A stretch of 62,649 nucleotides of DNA, the filler included, from Phoronis australis (lineage: Eukaryota > Animalia > Phoronida), in assembly GCA_002633005.1 (NCBI GenBank). It is 3 parts of 3 records of this genome, joined end to end, with 100 filler letters (N's around TTAATTAATTAA, not from the genome) between each part and the next. Parts side by side here need not be neighbours in the genome. Positions count along the whole stretch, not along the records: positions 1 to 31,707 come from NMRA01001103.1; 2 more parts are not named here. One strand, written 5' to 3'. Positions 1 to 12,540 of the stretch are shown piece after piece (positions within the stretch are counted from its first letter, which is position 1; each line of letters opens with the position of its first letter). The position numbers and the translations under genes are program-made. The notes beneath the pieces were generated by a model. The model was given only the letters and a program-made list of their open reading frames with translations, made no database searches and was not told where the DNA came from.

Positions 1-86
1 GGGCCTTCAAAGTCTTTCCAAACGCAGAGATGTTTTTAATTTTTTACATAATAAACAATTTTCTATATACTGTTTAAAAAAAAAAA

Positions 87-715
87 AATTGAGCTAGATC
101 AACTTTTCTGGTAACCACTTAAAACTGCCTTCAATACCTGCTACGTCATCCATTGTATCAAAATTGGTCACTGCCAGACAATTTCAGTGGTGGGAAGTAC
201 CCGCCAGACGAACATATACAGGGTACAAAAATTAAGCTAGATCAATCCAAGAGGTAACCACTTGAAACCAGTCGCAAAATATTCACCGTAAGCCCAGGTA
301 TCACGAATGAACACTGCCAGACAAATCTAGTGGTGGGTTACCCCCGCCAGACACGCCCAAATACCAGAATTGAGCTAGATCAACCCATCAGGTAACCGTT
401 TGAAACCAATTGCACGATGTTCAGCATCACTGAGCATGGAACAACAGTTAGATGCCAGACAATTTCAGTGGTGGGGTGGCCCTGCCAGACGATTATCAAA
501 AAGGGTTAAAAATTGAGCTAGATCAATCCAAGAGGTAACCGACTAAAACTAGTTCCAAAATTTTCACCGTAAGCCCAGGTATCACGAATAAACACTGCCA
601 GACAAATCTAGTGGTGGGTTAGCCCCGCCAGACACGCCACGCCTAAAACTAGTTCCAAAATATTCACCGTAAGCCCAGGTATCACGAATAAACACTGCCA
701 GACAAATCTAGTGGT
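87..715. repeat. Diverged ~140-bp tandem array with alternating A/B monomers (~281-bp dimer)
   Basis: Units begin AATT(G/A)AGCTAGATCAA at 87, 230, 368 and 511 (spacing 143/138/143). Units 1 and 3 carry GACAATTTCAGTGGTGGG; units 2 and 4 carry ATCAATCCAAGAGGTAACC and GACAAATCTAGTGGTGGG. 543-615 is recopied at 643-715. Confidence 0.85.
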
Positions 716-1993
716 CGGCTAAAAATTAACCGGTCGACGGCCGGTCGTCGACCAATTTCAGACCGGTCGGACAAAAATTCGTGATGTGTGCTGTACCTGA
801 AAGTACCTAAAGATGTCGCCCTTGCAGAATTATAATTTATCGATTTTTTGATGTACTGGTAGCAGGGACAAAGCAAAATATTTCTTGTCACTGGCTTGCA
901 ATTTACTGGTGAACAGCGTTCTTGAATGGGGATGATCGTTTAAAGAACTGGATTGTATATAATGATTTTTAAACATTCTTTCTGACAATAAAGCTGTCAA
1001 ATAACCACTGATGCATTGTGGGTCATTCAAATAATTCAGTCACACAAATGACCATTCTCAAGCCAAATGACATTGTATGGAATTTGCAAGCTATTGTTTA
1101 ATTAAAAAATAGTCAATGCGCTGAAGTTCACAACCTTAGGACGTTTACTTTAATCTGAACCAGTGAATATAAAAGACTCGGTACCTTGTTGGAGTTTGTG
1201 CTGAATTGTCACTTTGAGCCGCTCAGCAGGCATTCCCCTCGGCTTGTATACGCAAAATATTCCATTCAGAGCTTCATACACACGAGGAGCGTATCTCTCC
1301 AGCATCGTGAGTCCGTTACAGAGTGGACCTATTTACTCCGACATAATAAACACCAGAGATCCATGGTGTGACACACTTTCAGAGACACGGAGCTTTCAAG
1401 AGATCTATAACAAGCAACAAACTTCATTAAAACAGCACCTTGTCTCAAAGTCCGAGGGAGAGGAACTTCATGCTGGGATTGCGCTACATAAAAATTTACT
1501 TTATCCTTGAAAGTTTGTCAAGCTCACTTCCACATAAAAGACAAAGGTGTGTTGCTAAGCACGTTGAAAATCCACACCAACGCAATATACGATTTGGAAA
1601 ATGGACACTGGTAAGTCAAAATCCTGGGGATTTCCCTATCGGAAGTCTCAGTGTACAGGAGGTTTTTGGTTGGGTATATTGGGTGAGAATATCTGATCCA
1701 GTACCTCAGAACGCTTAGAGCGTCTTGGGTGGATAAACAAAAGAGGTACCAACTGAAAAAGGCAAAACTCTTGCCTGCACGGAAGTCTGGCGAGCTTCAC
1801 AATCACGCCTATAGCTTGACCTTCAATCTGAAACTGACAAATGAATGAATAACCTTGATTGAGGTCAAGCAACAGACAATGACAGCAACAGAAAATCGAA
1901 GCAATCAACAAGCGCATCCTGTAGTGACGACATTATGAGCCTCATCAGACTCTGATTATCAGTGCATCAATGTAACTGCGTAATGACGTATGC

Positions 1994-2927
1994 AGGACTC
2001 CATTCTTTGCCTGTATGATATACTAGAGCTATGTTCTAACAGGCCATGGCTGTTGAGATATGAAGGACTCCATTCTTTGCCTGTATGATATACTAGAGCT
2101 ATGTTCTAACAGGCCATGGCTGTTGAGATATGAAGGACTCCATTCTTTGCCTGTATGATATACTAGAGCTATGTTCTAACAGGCCATGGCTGTTGAGATA
2201 TGAAGGACTCCATTCTTTGCCTGTATGATATACTAGAGCTATGTTCTAACAGGCCATGGCTGTTGAGATATGAAGGACTCCATTCTTTGCCTGTATGATA
2301 TACTAGAGCTATGTTCTAACAGGCCATGGCTGTTGAGATATGAAGGACTCCATTCTTTGCCTGTATGATATACTAGAGCTATGTTCTAACAGGCCATGGC
2401 TGTTGAGATATGAAGGACTCCATTCTTTGCCTGTATGATATACTAGAGCTATGTTCTAACAGGCCATGGCTGTTGAGATATGAAGGACTCCATTCTTTGC
2501 CTGTATGATATACTAGAGCTATGTTCTAACAGGCCATGGCTGTTGAGATATGAAGGACTCCATTCTTTGCCTGTATGATATACTAGAGCTATGTTCTAAC
2601 AGGCCATGGCTGTTGAGATATGAAGGACTCCATTCTTTGCCTGTATGATATACTAGAGCTATGTTCTAACAGGCCATGGCTGTTGAGATATGAAGGACTC
2701 CATTCTTTGCCTGTATGATATACTAGAGCTATGTTCTAACAGGCCATGGCTGTTGAGATATGAAGGACTCCATTCTTTGCCTGTATGATATACTAGAGCT
2801 ATGTTCTAACAGGCCATGGCTGTTGAGATATGAAGGACTCCATTCTTTGCCTGTATGATATACTAGAGCTATGTTCTAACAGGCCATGGCTGTTGAGATA
2901 TGAAGGACTCCATTCTTTGCCTGTATG
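1994..2927. repeat. 70-bp tandem repeat, ~13.3 identical copies, running into an assembly gap
   Basis: Unit AGGACTCCATTCTTTGCCTGTATGATATACTAGAGCTATGTTCTAACAGGCCATGGCTGTTGAGATATGA repeats with no visible mismatch up to the N run at 2928. Confidence 0.98.
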
Positions 2928-3429
2928 NNNNNNNNNNNNNNNNNNNNNNNNNNNNNNNNNNNNNNNNNNNNNNNNNNNNNNNNNNNNNNNNNNNNNNNNN
3001 NNNNNNNNNNNNNNNNNNNNNNNNNNNNNNNNNNNNNNNNNNNNNNNNNNNNNNNNNNNNNNNNNNNNNNNNNNNNNNNNNNNNNNNNNNNNNNNNNNNN
3101 NNNNNNNNNNNNNNNNNNNNNNNNNNNNNNNNNNNNNNNNNNNNNNNNNNNNNNNNNNNNNNNNNNNNNNNNNNNNNNNNNNNNNNNNNNNNNNNNNNNN
3201 NNNNNNNNNNNNNNNNNNNNNNNNNNNNNNNNNNNNNNNNNNNNNNNNNNNNNNNNNNNNNNNNNNNNNNNNNNNNNNNNNNNNNNNNNNNNNNNNNNNN
3301 NNNNNNNNNNNNNNNNNNNNNNNNNNNNNNNNNNNNNNNNNNNNNNNNNNNNNNNNNNNNNNNNNNNNNNNNNNNNNNNNNNNNNNNNNNNNNNNNNNNN
3401 NNNNNNNNNNNNNNNNNNNNNNNNNNNNN
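2928..3429. other. Assembly gap (N run)
   Basis: Run of N. Confidence 0.99.
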
Positions 3430-3539
3430 AGCTCACACGTATAAAAATAAGTGCATGTGAGCAGCTGCAGTGCTAAAAATAGCCAGTGGCAATTTGGGCA
3501 ACTGAACGAAGGATTGCTCAAAGAAAACATTAAATTATA

Positions 3540-3680
3540 GGAGTATTTGTTCTAGTTGGAAGGAATTAAAGACATCGATAGCCTACTAAGGTGCCCAGGC
3601 CTCTATGCCCAAAAGGTACTTAACAAAATATGACTCTGATGATGTTAATTTGCAAAAAGAGCTTCCGGCATAGAAGCGCC
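3540..3680 (+). repeat. Dispersed repeat, homologous to ~5635-5790
   Basis: GGAGTATTTGTTCTAGTTGGAAGGAATTAAAGACATCGA...CCTCTATGCCCAAAAGGTA...AGCTTCCGGC aligns by eye with GGAGTATTTGTTCGAGTTGGAAGGAATTAAACACATCGA...CCTCTATGCGCAAAAGGTA...AGCTTCCGGC. Confidence 0.75.
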
Positions 3681-3703
3681 CAGTAAAGTAGGCATGCAAT
3701 TAC

Positions 3704-3865
3704 CAGTGGAGGAGTTAGAGGTGGGACAAGGGGGCCATGCCCCCCCCCCCTAAAGTTGTCGCATATTCCATTTGGCAGTTCAGGTGTGCAAATGTCTAAA
3801 ACGGACAAAATCCTGGCAAACACTCTGCTCTGGCCCCCCTAACTCAAAATCCTGGATCCGCCCCA
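3704..3865. mobile_element. MITE (CAGTGG...GGATCCGCCCC type) with 6-bp TSD AATTAC
   Basis: Degenerate G/C-rich inverted termini; AATTAC at 3698-3703 and 3866-3871. The internal TTCCATTTGGCAGTTCAGGTGTGCAAATGTCT is shared with the element at 32090. Confidence 0.7.
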
Positions 3866-4447
3866 AATTACATCACCCTGAATCCTGAATGCCTCAGGCC
3901 AATGAACCGAGGGGCAATGTGTTGCCTAGAAGCTTCACCATCTTTAGTTGGTCCAGCTAGAAAAGTTGCCAGTGCCAGTGCAGTGCTCCCTGTGAGTGTG
4001 AGTCCACTGTTAGAACCAACCTTGAATCACAGGCGTCCTCAGCTTCTGATCGTCTACAATTCGCTGAACTCGGTTAAATCACAATCAAGGTCCATATTCA
4101 AGAGTTGACTGTGTTACGGTCTAAAATAATTTTTTGGGTCACTTAAATACCAAATGCCAACTGAATCTCATATGTAAAGAGATATTTACATGTAGTTGTG
4201 CCAAATAAAAAAATCATCAAAATCAGACAATGTTTAGAAATTTATGCATATTTTTGTCAATGAATTTTATGTATTTTTAGCGTTACGAGTGGCCACATTA
4301 CAATTTTCAACTGTCAACAATAGAAAAGAAATTTATTTTATTAATTAAGCAATTGTTTGATATGACTGGGAGCAACTCAAGTCACTTTCAGAATCACTTA
4401 GACGAAGTTGTGCTTAATCATTGAGAAATGCCATCATGGGCACAGGT

Positions 4448-4525
4448 GTCCTCAGCTTCTGATCATCCCCAATGCACTACATATAATACTATGTAGTGTA
4501 TTGGGGACGATCAGAAGCTGAGGAC
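4448..4525. repeat. Long inverted repeat/hairpin (36-bp arms, 34/36 matched, 6-nt loop), probably a collapsed MITE
   Basis: 4448-4483 is the reverse complement of 4490-4525. A third copy of the arm (ATCACAGGCGTCCTCAGCTTCTGATCGTC) lies at 4026-4054. Confidence 0.85.
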
Positions 4526-4534
4526 GATTGTGAT

Positions 4535-5201
4535 NNNNNNNNNNNNNNNNNNNNNNNNNNNNNNNNNNNNNNNNNNNNNNNNNNNNNNNNNNNNNNNNNN
4601 NNNNNNNNNNNNNNNNNNNNNNNNNNNNNNNNNNNNNNNNNNNNNNNNNNNNNNNNNNNNNNNNNNNNNNNNNNNNNNNNNNNNNNNNNNNNNNNNNNNN
4701 NNNNNNNNNNNNNNNNNNNNNNNNNNNNNNNNNNNNNNNNNNNNNNNNNNNNNNNNNNNNNNNNNNNNNNNNNNNNNNNNNNNNNNNNNNNNNNNNNNNN
4801 NNNNNNNNNNNNNNNNNNNNNNNNNNNNNNNNNNNNNNNNNNNNNNNNNNNNNNNNNNNNNNNNNNNNNNNNNNNNNNNNNNNNNNNNNNNNNNNNNNNN
4901 NNNNNNNNNNNNNNNNNNNNNNNNNNNNNNNNNNNNNNNNNNNNNNNNNNNNNNNNNNNNNNNNNNNNNNNNNNNNNNNNNNNNNNNNNNNNNNNNNNNN
5001 NNNNNNNNNNNNNNNNNNNNNNNNNNNNNNNNNNNNNNNNNNNNNNNNNNNNNNNNNNNNNNNNNNNNNNNNNNNNNNNNNNNNNNNNNNNNNNNNNNNN
5101 NNNNNNNNNNNNNNNNNNNNNNNNNNNNNNNNNNNNNNNNNNNNNNNNNNNNNNNNNNNNNNNNNNNNNNNNNNNNNNNNNNNNNNNNNNNNNNNNNNNN
5201 N
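4535..5201. other. Assembly gap (N run)
   Basis: Run of N. Confidence 0.99.
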
Positions 5202-6239
5202 GGTCACAAATACAAAATAAGTAAGGTCTGCCTGGAATAAAACAATTGTGATTTATTTTCCAGAACTGAAATTCTAAATCAATTTTAATCGATTTAAAAA
5301 TCGATATCATACCAGTAAAACAGTTTGTGGTTGAAGTAGAGTTGCTGTAAACCACTTTCCACTATTTTCTTGGCCTTTTTCTGTGTGGTTTTCTGTCCTT
5401 TCAAAAGGCGGCAGCACATGACGACCATAGGTGTCATTATAAAATGGCTGCCGAAAACCAATGCACAGTTGAACAACTCGGCTTAAGTAAAAGAAAACGT
5501 TTGAATCAACGAATACTATATATTTGTGAGAGTTAAATCAAGTCCTATTCAGATCATAACTTTGAAGTGGAATAATTGGGTGAGTAAGACAACAAGCCGG
5601 TTTTATGCTTAGGCGGACGACTATAGGGTTTCGGGGAGTATTTGTTCGAGTTGGAAGGAATTAAACACATCGACAACCTCCTAAGGTGTTCCTCTATGCG
5701 CAAAAGGTATTTGTAACAACGTGACTTTGATGGTTTAGTCGGTGCGAGGCATAATTCGCCGAAAAGCTTCCGGCGTACAGAGAGCCTATAGCCTCTACAT
5801 CGCCTCTGCTTCGGGCCAACAGAGGCGATGGTCATTGCCTAACTGTGCCCTTAATCCGGTTTGAGCTGACACATTGCCTAGATGAAATAATGAAGTACCA
5901 ACTACCGTTCTTTACACCATTACCAGAATGAAAATTGAGGTACCTTAAACTTACATATCGTACAGTTTCAGTTAAAAGCAATCTACAGAAAACGACTTTG
6001 TCATCCAGCCACTTCTCCCCCGACGACGACACCAAACGTGGGTACCGCCATGTTGTTACAGCGACACCTATAGGTAACGCTGCCCTGGCCGGTAGGGGTG
6101 GGCTCACGAATGTCATACCTACGTATAGAGCCTAACTGTTTGAATTAATTGTACTTGTCACTATAATAAATAAATACTACATTTTGCTATACCAATAAAG
6201 GAAGTAGTTTCTGGCCTGTAATAAGCGGTCACTTGGAAT

Positions 6240-6529
6240 GGCCGTAGGGGGAAGGTGTCGCACGATAAAATTACGCAGCAAATGATTACTTTACGAAGTT
6301 AAAATACGTCGCAAATAATTACGTTGCATCTCAAATGATCACTTTCGCCGCAATTAACTAATTTACACATCTAAATAATTAATTTACGCCTCTAACGAGA
6401 AATAACTTAAGCACGTAATTAAACGGCGTAAATCGCCAATAATTACACCGCAAATAATCATTTTATGCTACTGTAATAAGAATTAATTTACGCAAGTAAT
6501 TTTACGGCGACAATTTCTCCCCAACGGCC
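6240..6529. mobile_element. Non-autonomous DNA transposon (MITE) with GGCCGT(A/T)GGGG terminal inverted repeats
   Basis: 5' GGCCGTAGGGGGAAGGTGTCGC versus reverse complement of the 3' end GGCCGTTGGGGAGAAATTGTCGC. The interior is packed with AATTACG/TAATTA/TTTACG motifs. No TSD identified. Confidence 0.7.
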
Positions 6530-8820
6530 CACGGTCACTGTCGTTTAGGTGCTCTTGGTGTGCAGACCTTTTCTTGTGGTTGATTTTTGAGTTAGACTGA
6601 GAATTTTTCTTTAGAATTTTGTAACGTTTAATAATTAACGAATTCTCTTCCTTGGTTTTCTTGGTGTTTTTAGTTTTTTATCCTGCAGGAGGTGTTGCTG
6701 AATCTACCAGAGATGAATGTCGCTGACATGCTGACTGTCATTCTCAGGGGAGGCAAGAAAACATTTAGTTACATAAAATTAGACTTTTAATTATTGACTT
6801 GTCTGTGATCCGGCAGGCAAATTTGTATTGTATTCTGCGGTTTAAAATGTTTTTTTAACAATGAATAAACTATACCGTCCCTTCAAGGTCAGGCATGAGT
6901 CAGTTGACTGAAAAAATCCTTGTCGACTATGGATATCGATATACACCCAGGCTGGGATAACGCGGTTTGCCTTACTTGGTCCATTCCTACATCCGAATTT
7001 CAGCTTATACACTTAAAATCTCATTCAGCGCCATTGTTTCACATGCATAGTTCTCAGGCCTGCTAAACACGGGTAATTAGTATACTCTATTGCTTAATAT
7101 TGTTATCGCCTTGCTTTGTCGTTCAAACCACTTGCCAGGCACCCGCCGGCACACTTTATACACTTATAATCAACTTTAAGAGGCTGTATATGGCAGACAC
7201 GGTCACCAGAAAACCATAATACATTTTTTATGAGTACTTATAGTTTGTTGTACACAGATTTCAACTGGGTAGGCAGCAATTAAGTAGTGCGCAGCCGGAG
7301 CTCGCTTGAGGTTACATGACGGCGCCTGTCATTGTGTGGGACGTTTAGTTTAGTTGGTGAAAAGTACATGGGAATTCAAGGAAACATATCAATGTGGTAA
7401 TTTCACTACAATTAATATTCAAATTGGTCAACATTTTCACGTTTAAAACTTTTTATTTAATTAATTAGCACAATTTCTAGTACGGGCCCAGTTGGGAATC
7501 CCCGCGGCGGGCCTGGAGATGACAGGACTCGGGCCACCTTGGCAGTGCAAAAAAAACATTCGATCCCAGCGAATTGTTAAAAGGCAATTCCCTGGTGTAC
7601 ATGTATAATACATAGTGTGCTACCAGTTACCCCAACAAATTATATTAAGAACTTTGCATTCATGTCATTTTGAAGACGACAGTGTGTACTGACATTCCGA
7701 TACGGGGCGTGTGTACCCGACAACGGTATTAGAATCGGCGAGAGTAGGTCGTTTTGTTTGGTGCAAAATAAGTGGAAACGTAAAAACCATATACTGATTA
7801 ACTTGTTTTTTTTTCGTCATGAATCAATATTGAAATTTATTGAAAATGTCATATTAGGAACTAAATTTTCAAACTAATTCACTTTGAAACCCTACAAGAC
7901 GTCGCCGCCTTTTTGAACATTCACAAGGTCAACCTTGGCATTTAACTACATGTAGGCTATAGTGTAGATTTCAAAAACGAAAAAAAAACAAAAAAACGAA
8001 GGCGTTTACTCAGAGTTTTTACTATGCAATACAGTGTTGTCAACTACCTGGTGATTTGTAAGCGTATATCAACACTTCAAGTGGTCTCTTATTTTTCTGA
8101 ATCAAATTTTATTTTAAACGAAAATAGATCTAGAAGCATTGTTGTACTGTAACCAAACTCAGTGTTCTAACAGTGCGAGCCGCTGGAGGGCGCGCTGCGG
8201 ATCACGACTTTTGTCCCATATGGTTTGTACTACGGTCCTGTCTTCGAATCGGCAAGGGTTGATACCGTTACAGCAATGGGGGGAGTGATCGAGTCACACC
8301 ACATGTAAAAGTATGTTTCATGTTCAGCTGTATTGATTATAAACCGCCAAGATCTTTAGCACGGTCACTTGTGAGTCAAGTCAGCTATGTGTTGTTGCAT
8401 ATATCAGTTAGCCAACCCGCCGTCTATTGGCTGCGTTGATGACCTACATGCACATGTACATGTACTTACCCAGTGACTCATCGAAATTTCAGGAAAAACC
8501 ATAAGTGTATTTTTATTTTAAGCTACGTGCCAACTCGCGCATAACAACCACAGTGACTCTGAAGAGAAGACGTCGATATCATGGCTGCTACTAAGAAATC
8601 AAGGCGTTTACTTGTTCTCAGTGGGGCAGAATTGGACAGGGTGAGAATTTTTAAAATGTTTTGCCACCTGCCTTGTTCGGCGGGCCTATGCAGCTTGATC
8701 GTCCAAGCGTAATTAACCTGTTTATTGTTTAATATGTCATCGAAGTTTGGTTGTTTGAATCTCGGCGTTACGAACACAATCACCGTGAAGTTCCAAGTTA
8801 AGGATTTGTGACGTTAGGCC

Positions 8821-9153
8821 CATAGGCGGATTTAGGGAAGGCCCAGGAGGCCCGCCCCGGCCGCCGGCCGCCCTAGCTGCCGCAGAAAAAGTGAAATGAT
8901 CCAGCAACAGCGAAATATTGAGTGCAGTAACTAGGACTGGTAGCGGATATGGGAGGGGGCTCATACCCAGATCGAGGGGCGGAATCGTGTTTCCGTTTTT
9001 TTTTGTTTTAGTCCGACGACAGGGTTTCCGAACAGAAAGTCCACATCGAGGTGCCCGGAATATGGCGGGCCGCCTGTGCACAATCGTGCTTTTCCCAATT
9101 CCCCGAGGTAACGTACGTGTTGCCCCCCGCGTTTATCCTAGATCCGCCACGAG
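8821..9153. mobile_element. Adjacent/nested GC-rich MITE fragments (CATAGGCGGATTTAGGG... and CTGGTAGCGGAT...GATCCGCCACGAG)
   Basis: 8821-8895 matches the reverse complement of ~41440-41504. 8937-9153 has imperfect GCGGAT/ATCCGC inverted ends. Confidence 0.55.
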
Positions 9154-10289
9154 ACAATAGTTATTACGGTGCGAACCTTTCGGGATCCTGAGATGAAAAA
9201 ATATACTCGCTCTTGCGTTGACAAAAAGAGAACCTCAGTCGTACTCTAAAAATGGCTTCACACTGGGAATTTCCCAACGTCACGGGGCAAAGGGGCGAGG
9301 GGTGAACACCTCTCTGTATAGAAAATGGTGTAGGCCTTGCTGATATCTGCAAGATTGGATACATATGCATCGTTTTAGACAGTGAACATTACTAGACTAC
9401 CAGTGGATGTAGCACCGACTGATCAGGGTTCGTTGTTCGGGCAGGCCATGCAACTCCTCAATCACAATATTCCTATCAGTGCACCGAAGACTCTCATTGG
9501 TCACCAGATATTTTTCTTTTGTCTCATCTTTTTAAAAGTCCTATATGATTGGCAGCACATGTTTGTTTAAAATGTGTGATCTAAGCTGTTTCAATTGTAC
9601 TGGAGTTACATGCGGGATGGAATTGAAAACAAGGGGAAATGTATAGGCCTGCGCTTTTCATCCTTCGTCATCGCCGCGGGCACTGTCCGACCGACTCTTA
9701 GTACTATGCCAAAAACTCTACTTAAAAAAATAAGACACTATAAAGTATGTGCGCATGTCATAGTGAGACGTTAATTACTACAGTCTACACTTCTGAGAAG
9801 ACTTGCCTCAGCGTTCATGATTTCACCTGGATTAATTAGTTCGGTAACCTACGCTAGGATCTCGGCTATGAGCAAGACCTTGCGAAGCAAGACTGCTCTC
9901 CTTGTTTACTGGCAACCGTTCAATTATTCTAATTAAGGTCATGTTCTATAAATAACTTCATGCCACTGCATACCAAGCCAAGAAAAACAGTCAATGTTGA
10001 CTCGCTCACACTGCCCATGACAACTCATGTAAAAGCTCGCGGTTCCGGGGCGATAAATCAATTGTTTGCTTTCACATGATGCAGTGTGCTTAGACGAACG
10101 TTATCATTTGTTACCTTGTCAAATGCATCGGGTTCACATTGTACGGTGTCTCAGTAGTACTTGTGTAAGCGTCATGTCCCTGCTAGTGCTTTAGACCCTG
10201 TAGTAATTAGTAAGTAATTGCAGGCGGGCTGATACGTACACGTTGTATGTTGTGCGCAGGCCTCGCATGTGGGCCCATTGCACTGATCA

Positions 10290-10443
10290 CCTGGAAATAT
10301 TTTTATCCTTTATTGATATATGGTTAAAACCGAGCTGAGGAGCTAGAAACCTGGCTCAAGGGTTTAGCAGTGTGACCTGGTGGGACTTGAACCCACGATC
10401 TCGAGTAAAGGAAGCGGGCACTAATCAACCAGGCCACACTGCC
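10290..10443 (-). mobile_element. tRNA-derived SINE (5' head; 3' boundary uncertain)
   Basis: Minus strand reads GGCAGTGTGGCCTGGTTGATTAG (A-box-like)...GGGTTCAAGTCCC (B box)...CCCTTGAGCC. No complete cloverleaf. Confidence 0.6.
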
Positions 10444-12254
10444 TTCTCGAATTGAGGAAGTTTTTCAATGTAGTGTAACGTATCCCTTTCTTGCCAATAA
10501 ACTCTACACTGTACATGTCACTTTTTCTCATCGGTCGGAGTTCAACAAGTTAGTTGTTTGTCAACAACCGTATACTTATTCGCCGCATGTGCCCCTATAT
10601 ATATTCAATGCATATCCATGTAAACCTCAGTCTCTGAAGTACATTGTACTATAAGTTTGCAGACACGTAACCGGTCTTTCACTTCATGATGCCTTACCAG
10701 CTGCCAGTGACCTATGAATTCACATATTCAAGAAGTCGGCATATCCTGCACTACTAGTCAACATCATTTTTAAACACACATAGAAGTCTGTCATGATGTT
10801 TTTAAACTCACATAAAATTCCGTTTTGGTGTTTTACTTATGGTTGTGATTGCATTTCCGAGTCTGATCTTTGGAAAACAATCAAGTGGTTTTGTTCATCA
10901 ATACATGTCACGTAGTGAAAATGTAAGCTTCCGAAAAACGAACGAGACGTTTTTTTAACAAAACCAGATTAGTACATAGGAACCCTTCACTGTTTGTCTT
11001 TACTTGTTATGCTAAGACGAATTAGATCAGGCTGCTTCCTCGATGTCTTTCACCCGTTTGTTGATCAACCATAATAGAGAGAGGGGATGCTTGACAAATG
11101 GGATTGATTCAGGTCAACAAATTAGGATACTCATTCATTTTGATATAGGACTTGAAAAGGGGGCCGATTTACGAGGCAGAAGCTTCAATGAAAATGTTAT
11201 CTTTCAGAACCTACTTTTTTCGTAAGAGTTTATGTACAGCTGCGTTTTTATTTATTGATCCTGATTGCAACCGAACAATGAGTGCAGCTGTTGCAACAAA
11301 AATTTGTCAATGTAACATTGACGTTTGATATTGGATATTGGAGCCCAATCTTTCCAGTTAAGTCTCGTACTTGAAAGTAAGTCGTTTTAAGGGTAATCAA
11401 GTCGGAAAAGGTTTTGTAGGAATTATAAGAAAAAAGTCTCATTTAAAAGAGATTTTGATGGAAATAAAACGCAATTTCACTAGGGATGGTGCATGGAAAA
11501 ATGCCACTCACGTGAAGTGATTTCTCGCAACCATCAACTAGTACTGTTTACTGTTTCAATGAAGAGGTGGCGCTACTTACGGTTTCTTGTTTTTTCACTT
11601 CAGTGTCTTATTATTGATTTTATACCGCGCTCGTTCTAGGAAAGATATACAAAATGACAATCCTGTAGTTTACAACACCGCGTTATCAAACAAAGCAACC
11701 AGAACCGAGCGCTCCGGGAAAATTCTTAAACTGGAACTTGAAAACTGTACTTTCCTTTAGCAAATATATATATTTTTATTCAGTGGCTTTTACATAAAAA
11801 ATCCTGGGATGCCAATGACCCAAAATTGACTTTTGTTAAATCACGCGACCTTGAGGTACCGGCTAACACGCTCAGTTTGCCCTTTGCTTAGTTAGTTATC
11901 AACAAAATAATTGGTATAACCACTATTAATTAGAACTCACTTATGCTCTGGATTTCAGCTTTTGATGTAATCCAGTCAAATGATATATGGAGCGCCCTCT
12001 TGAGGTAACTTTTCAGATAGTGTCGAGATAAGCACTTAGGGCCTTTATATCTAAGATTGTCTCTCATGTTGCCATTGACTCGAAACAAGGGGTAGAACCT
12101 GACGGTGTACCAACTGTTTGTCTATTGATTATCTGAGTGGTGTACGTATGTTGAAAAATATTGTAAAATATAATGTTATGGTCGACTTTCAAGATAAATT
12201 GAATGTAATTATTCATTATCACAATTAACATAAGTCACGAAACCACGAAGCCAT

Positions 12255-12540
12255 ATTGTATGTGTACTGCATGTAAGATACTCATTTTGATTATGAATTA
12301 GTCACACAAGTCCCATCATTGGGAAAATATGCTGGGTAATGTAATCAATCTTTATGCGCCGAACAAAGACAACTCGCATTTTTACATCGACATTGATAAA
12401 CTTATTTTTGAATTCAGAAGTAATACATGTAGACTTTTGCCGGGACTTGAATTTAGTCCAAATCTATGTATAAGGGTGCAGCAATCATACCAGAATAATG
12501 CGACTGCCAGGGATGAATTTTTAAACTTAGTGAATACTAT
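12255..12540 (+). pseudogene. L1/Tx1-type LINE APE endonuclease relic
   Basis: Frames read YCM*DTHFDYELVTQV (cf. CLQDTHF), INLYAPNKDNSHFY (cf. NIYAPNxDxPxFF), FCRDLNLV (cf. CGDFNLV) and NNATARDEFLNLV, with stops, frameshifts and an internal deletion. Confidence 0.75.

Noticed and set aside
1186-1718. Overlapping + strand ORFs ending near a GTAAGT donor (~1611)
   Set aside because: No recognisable domain and no consistent single frame. It may be a decayed TE or pseudo-exon but cannot be supported.
1994-2927. CRISPR-like array
   Set aside because: The units are identical head-to-tail with no unique spacers, there are no cas genes, and the context is eukaryotic.
2799-5355. Long ORFs containing X runs
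   Set aside because: Artefacts of reading through N gaps.
6689-6790. Possible exon EVLLNLPEMNVADMLTVILRGGKKTFSYIKLDF* after a good polypyrimidine/CAG acceptor
   Set aside because: No partner exons or family resemblance found.
10350-10443. Functional tRNA gene
   Set aside because: A and B boxes are present but there is no intact acceptor/anticodon cloverleaf; better explained as a SINE head (same for 40810-40869).
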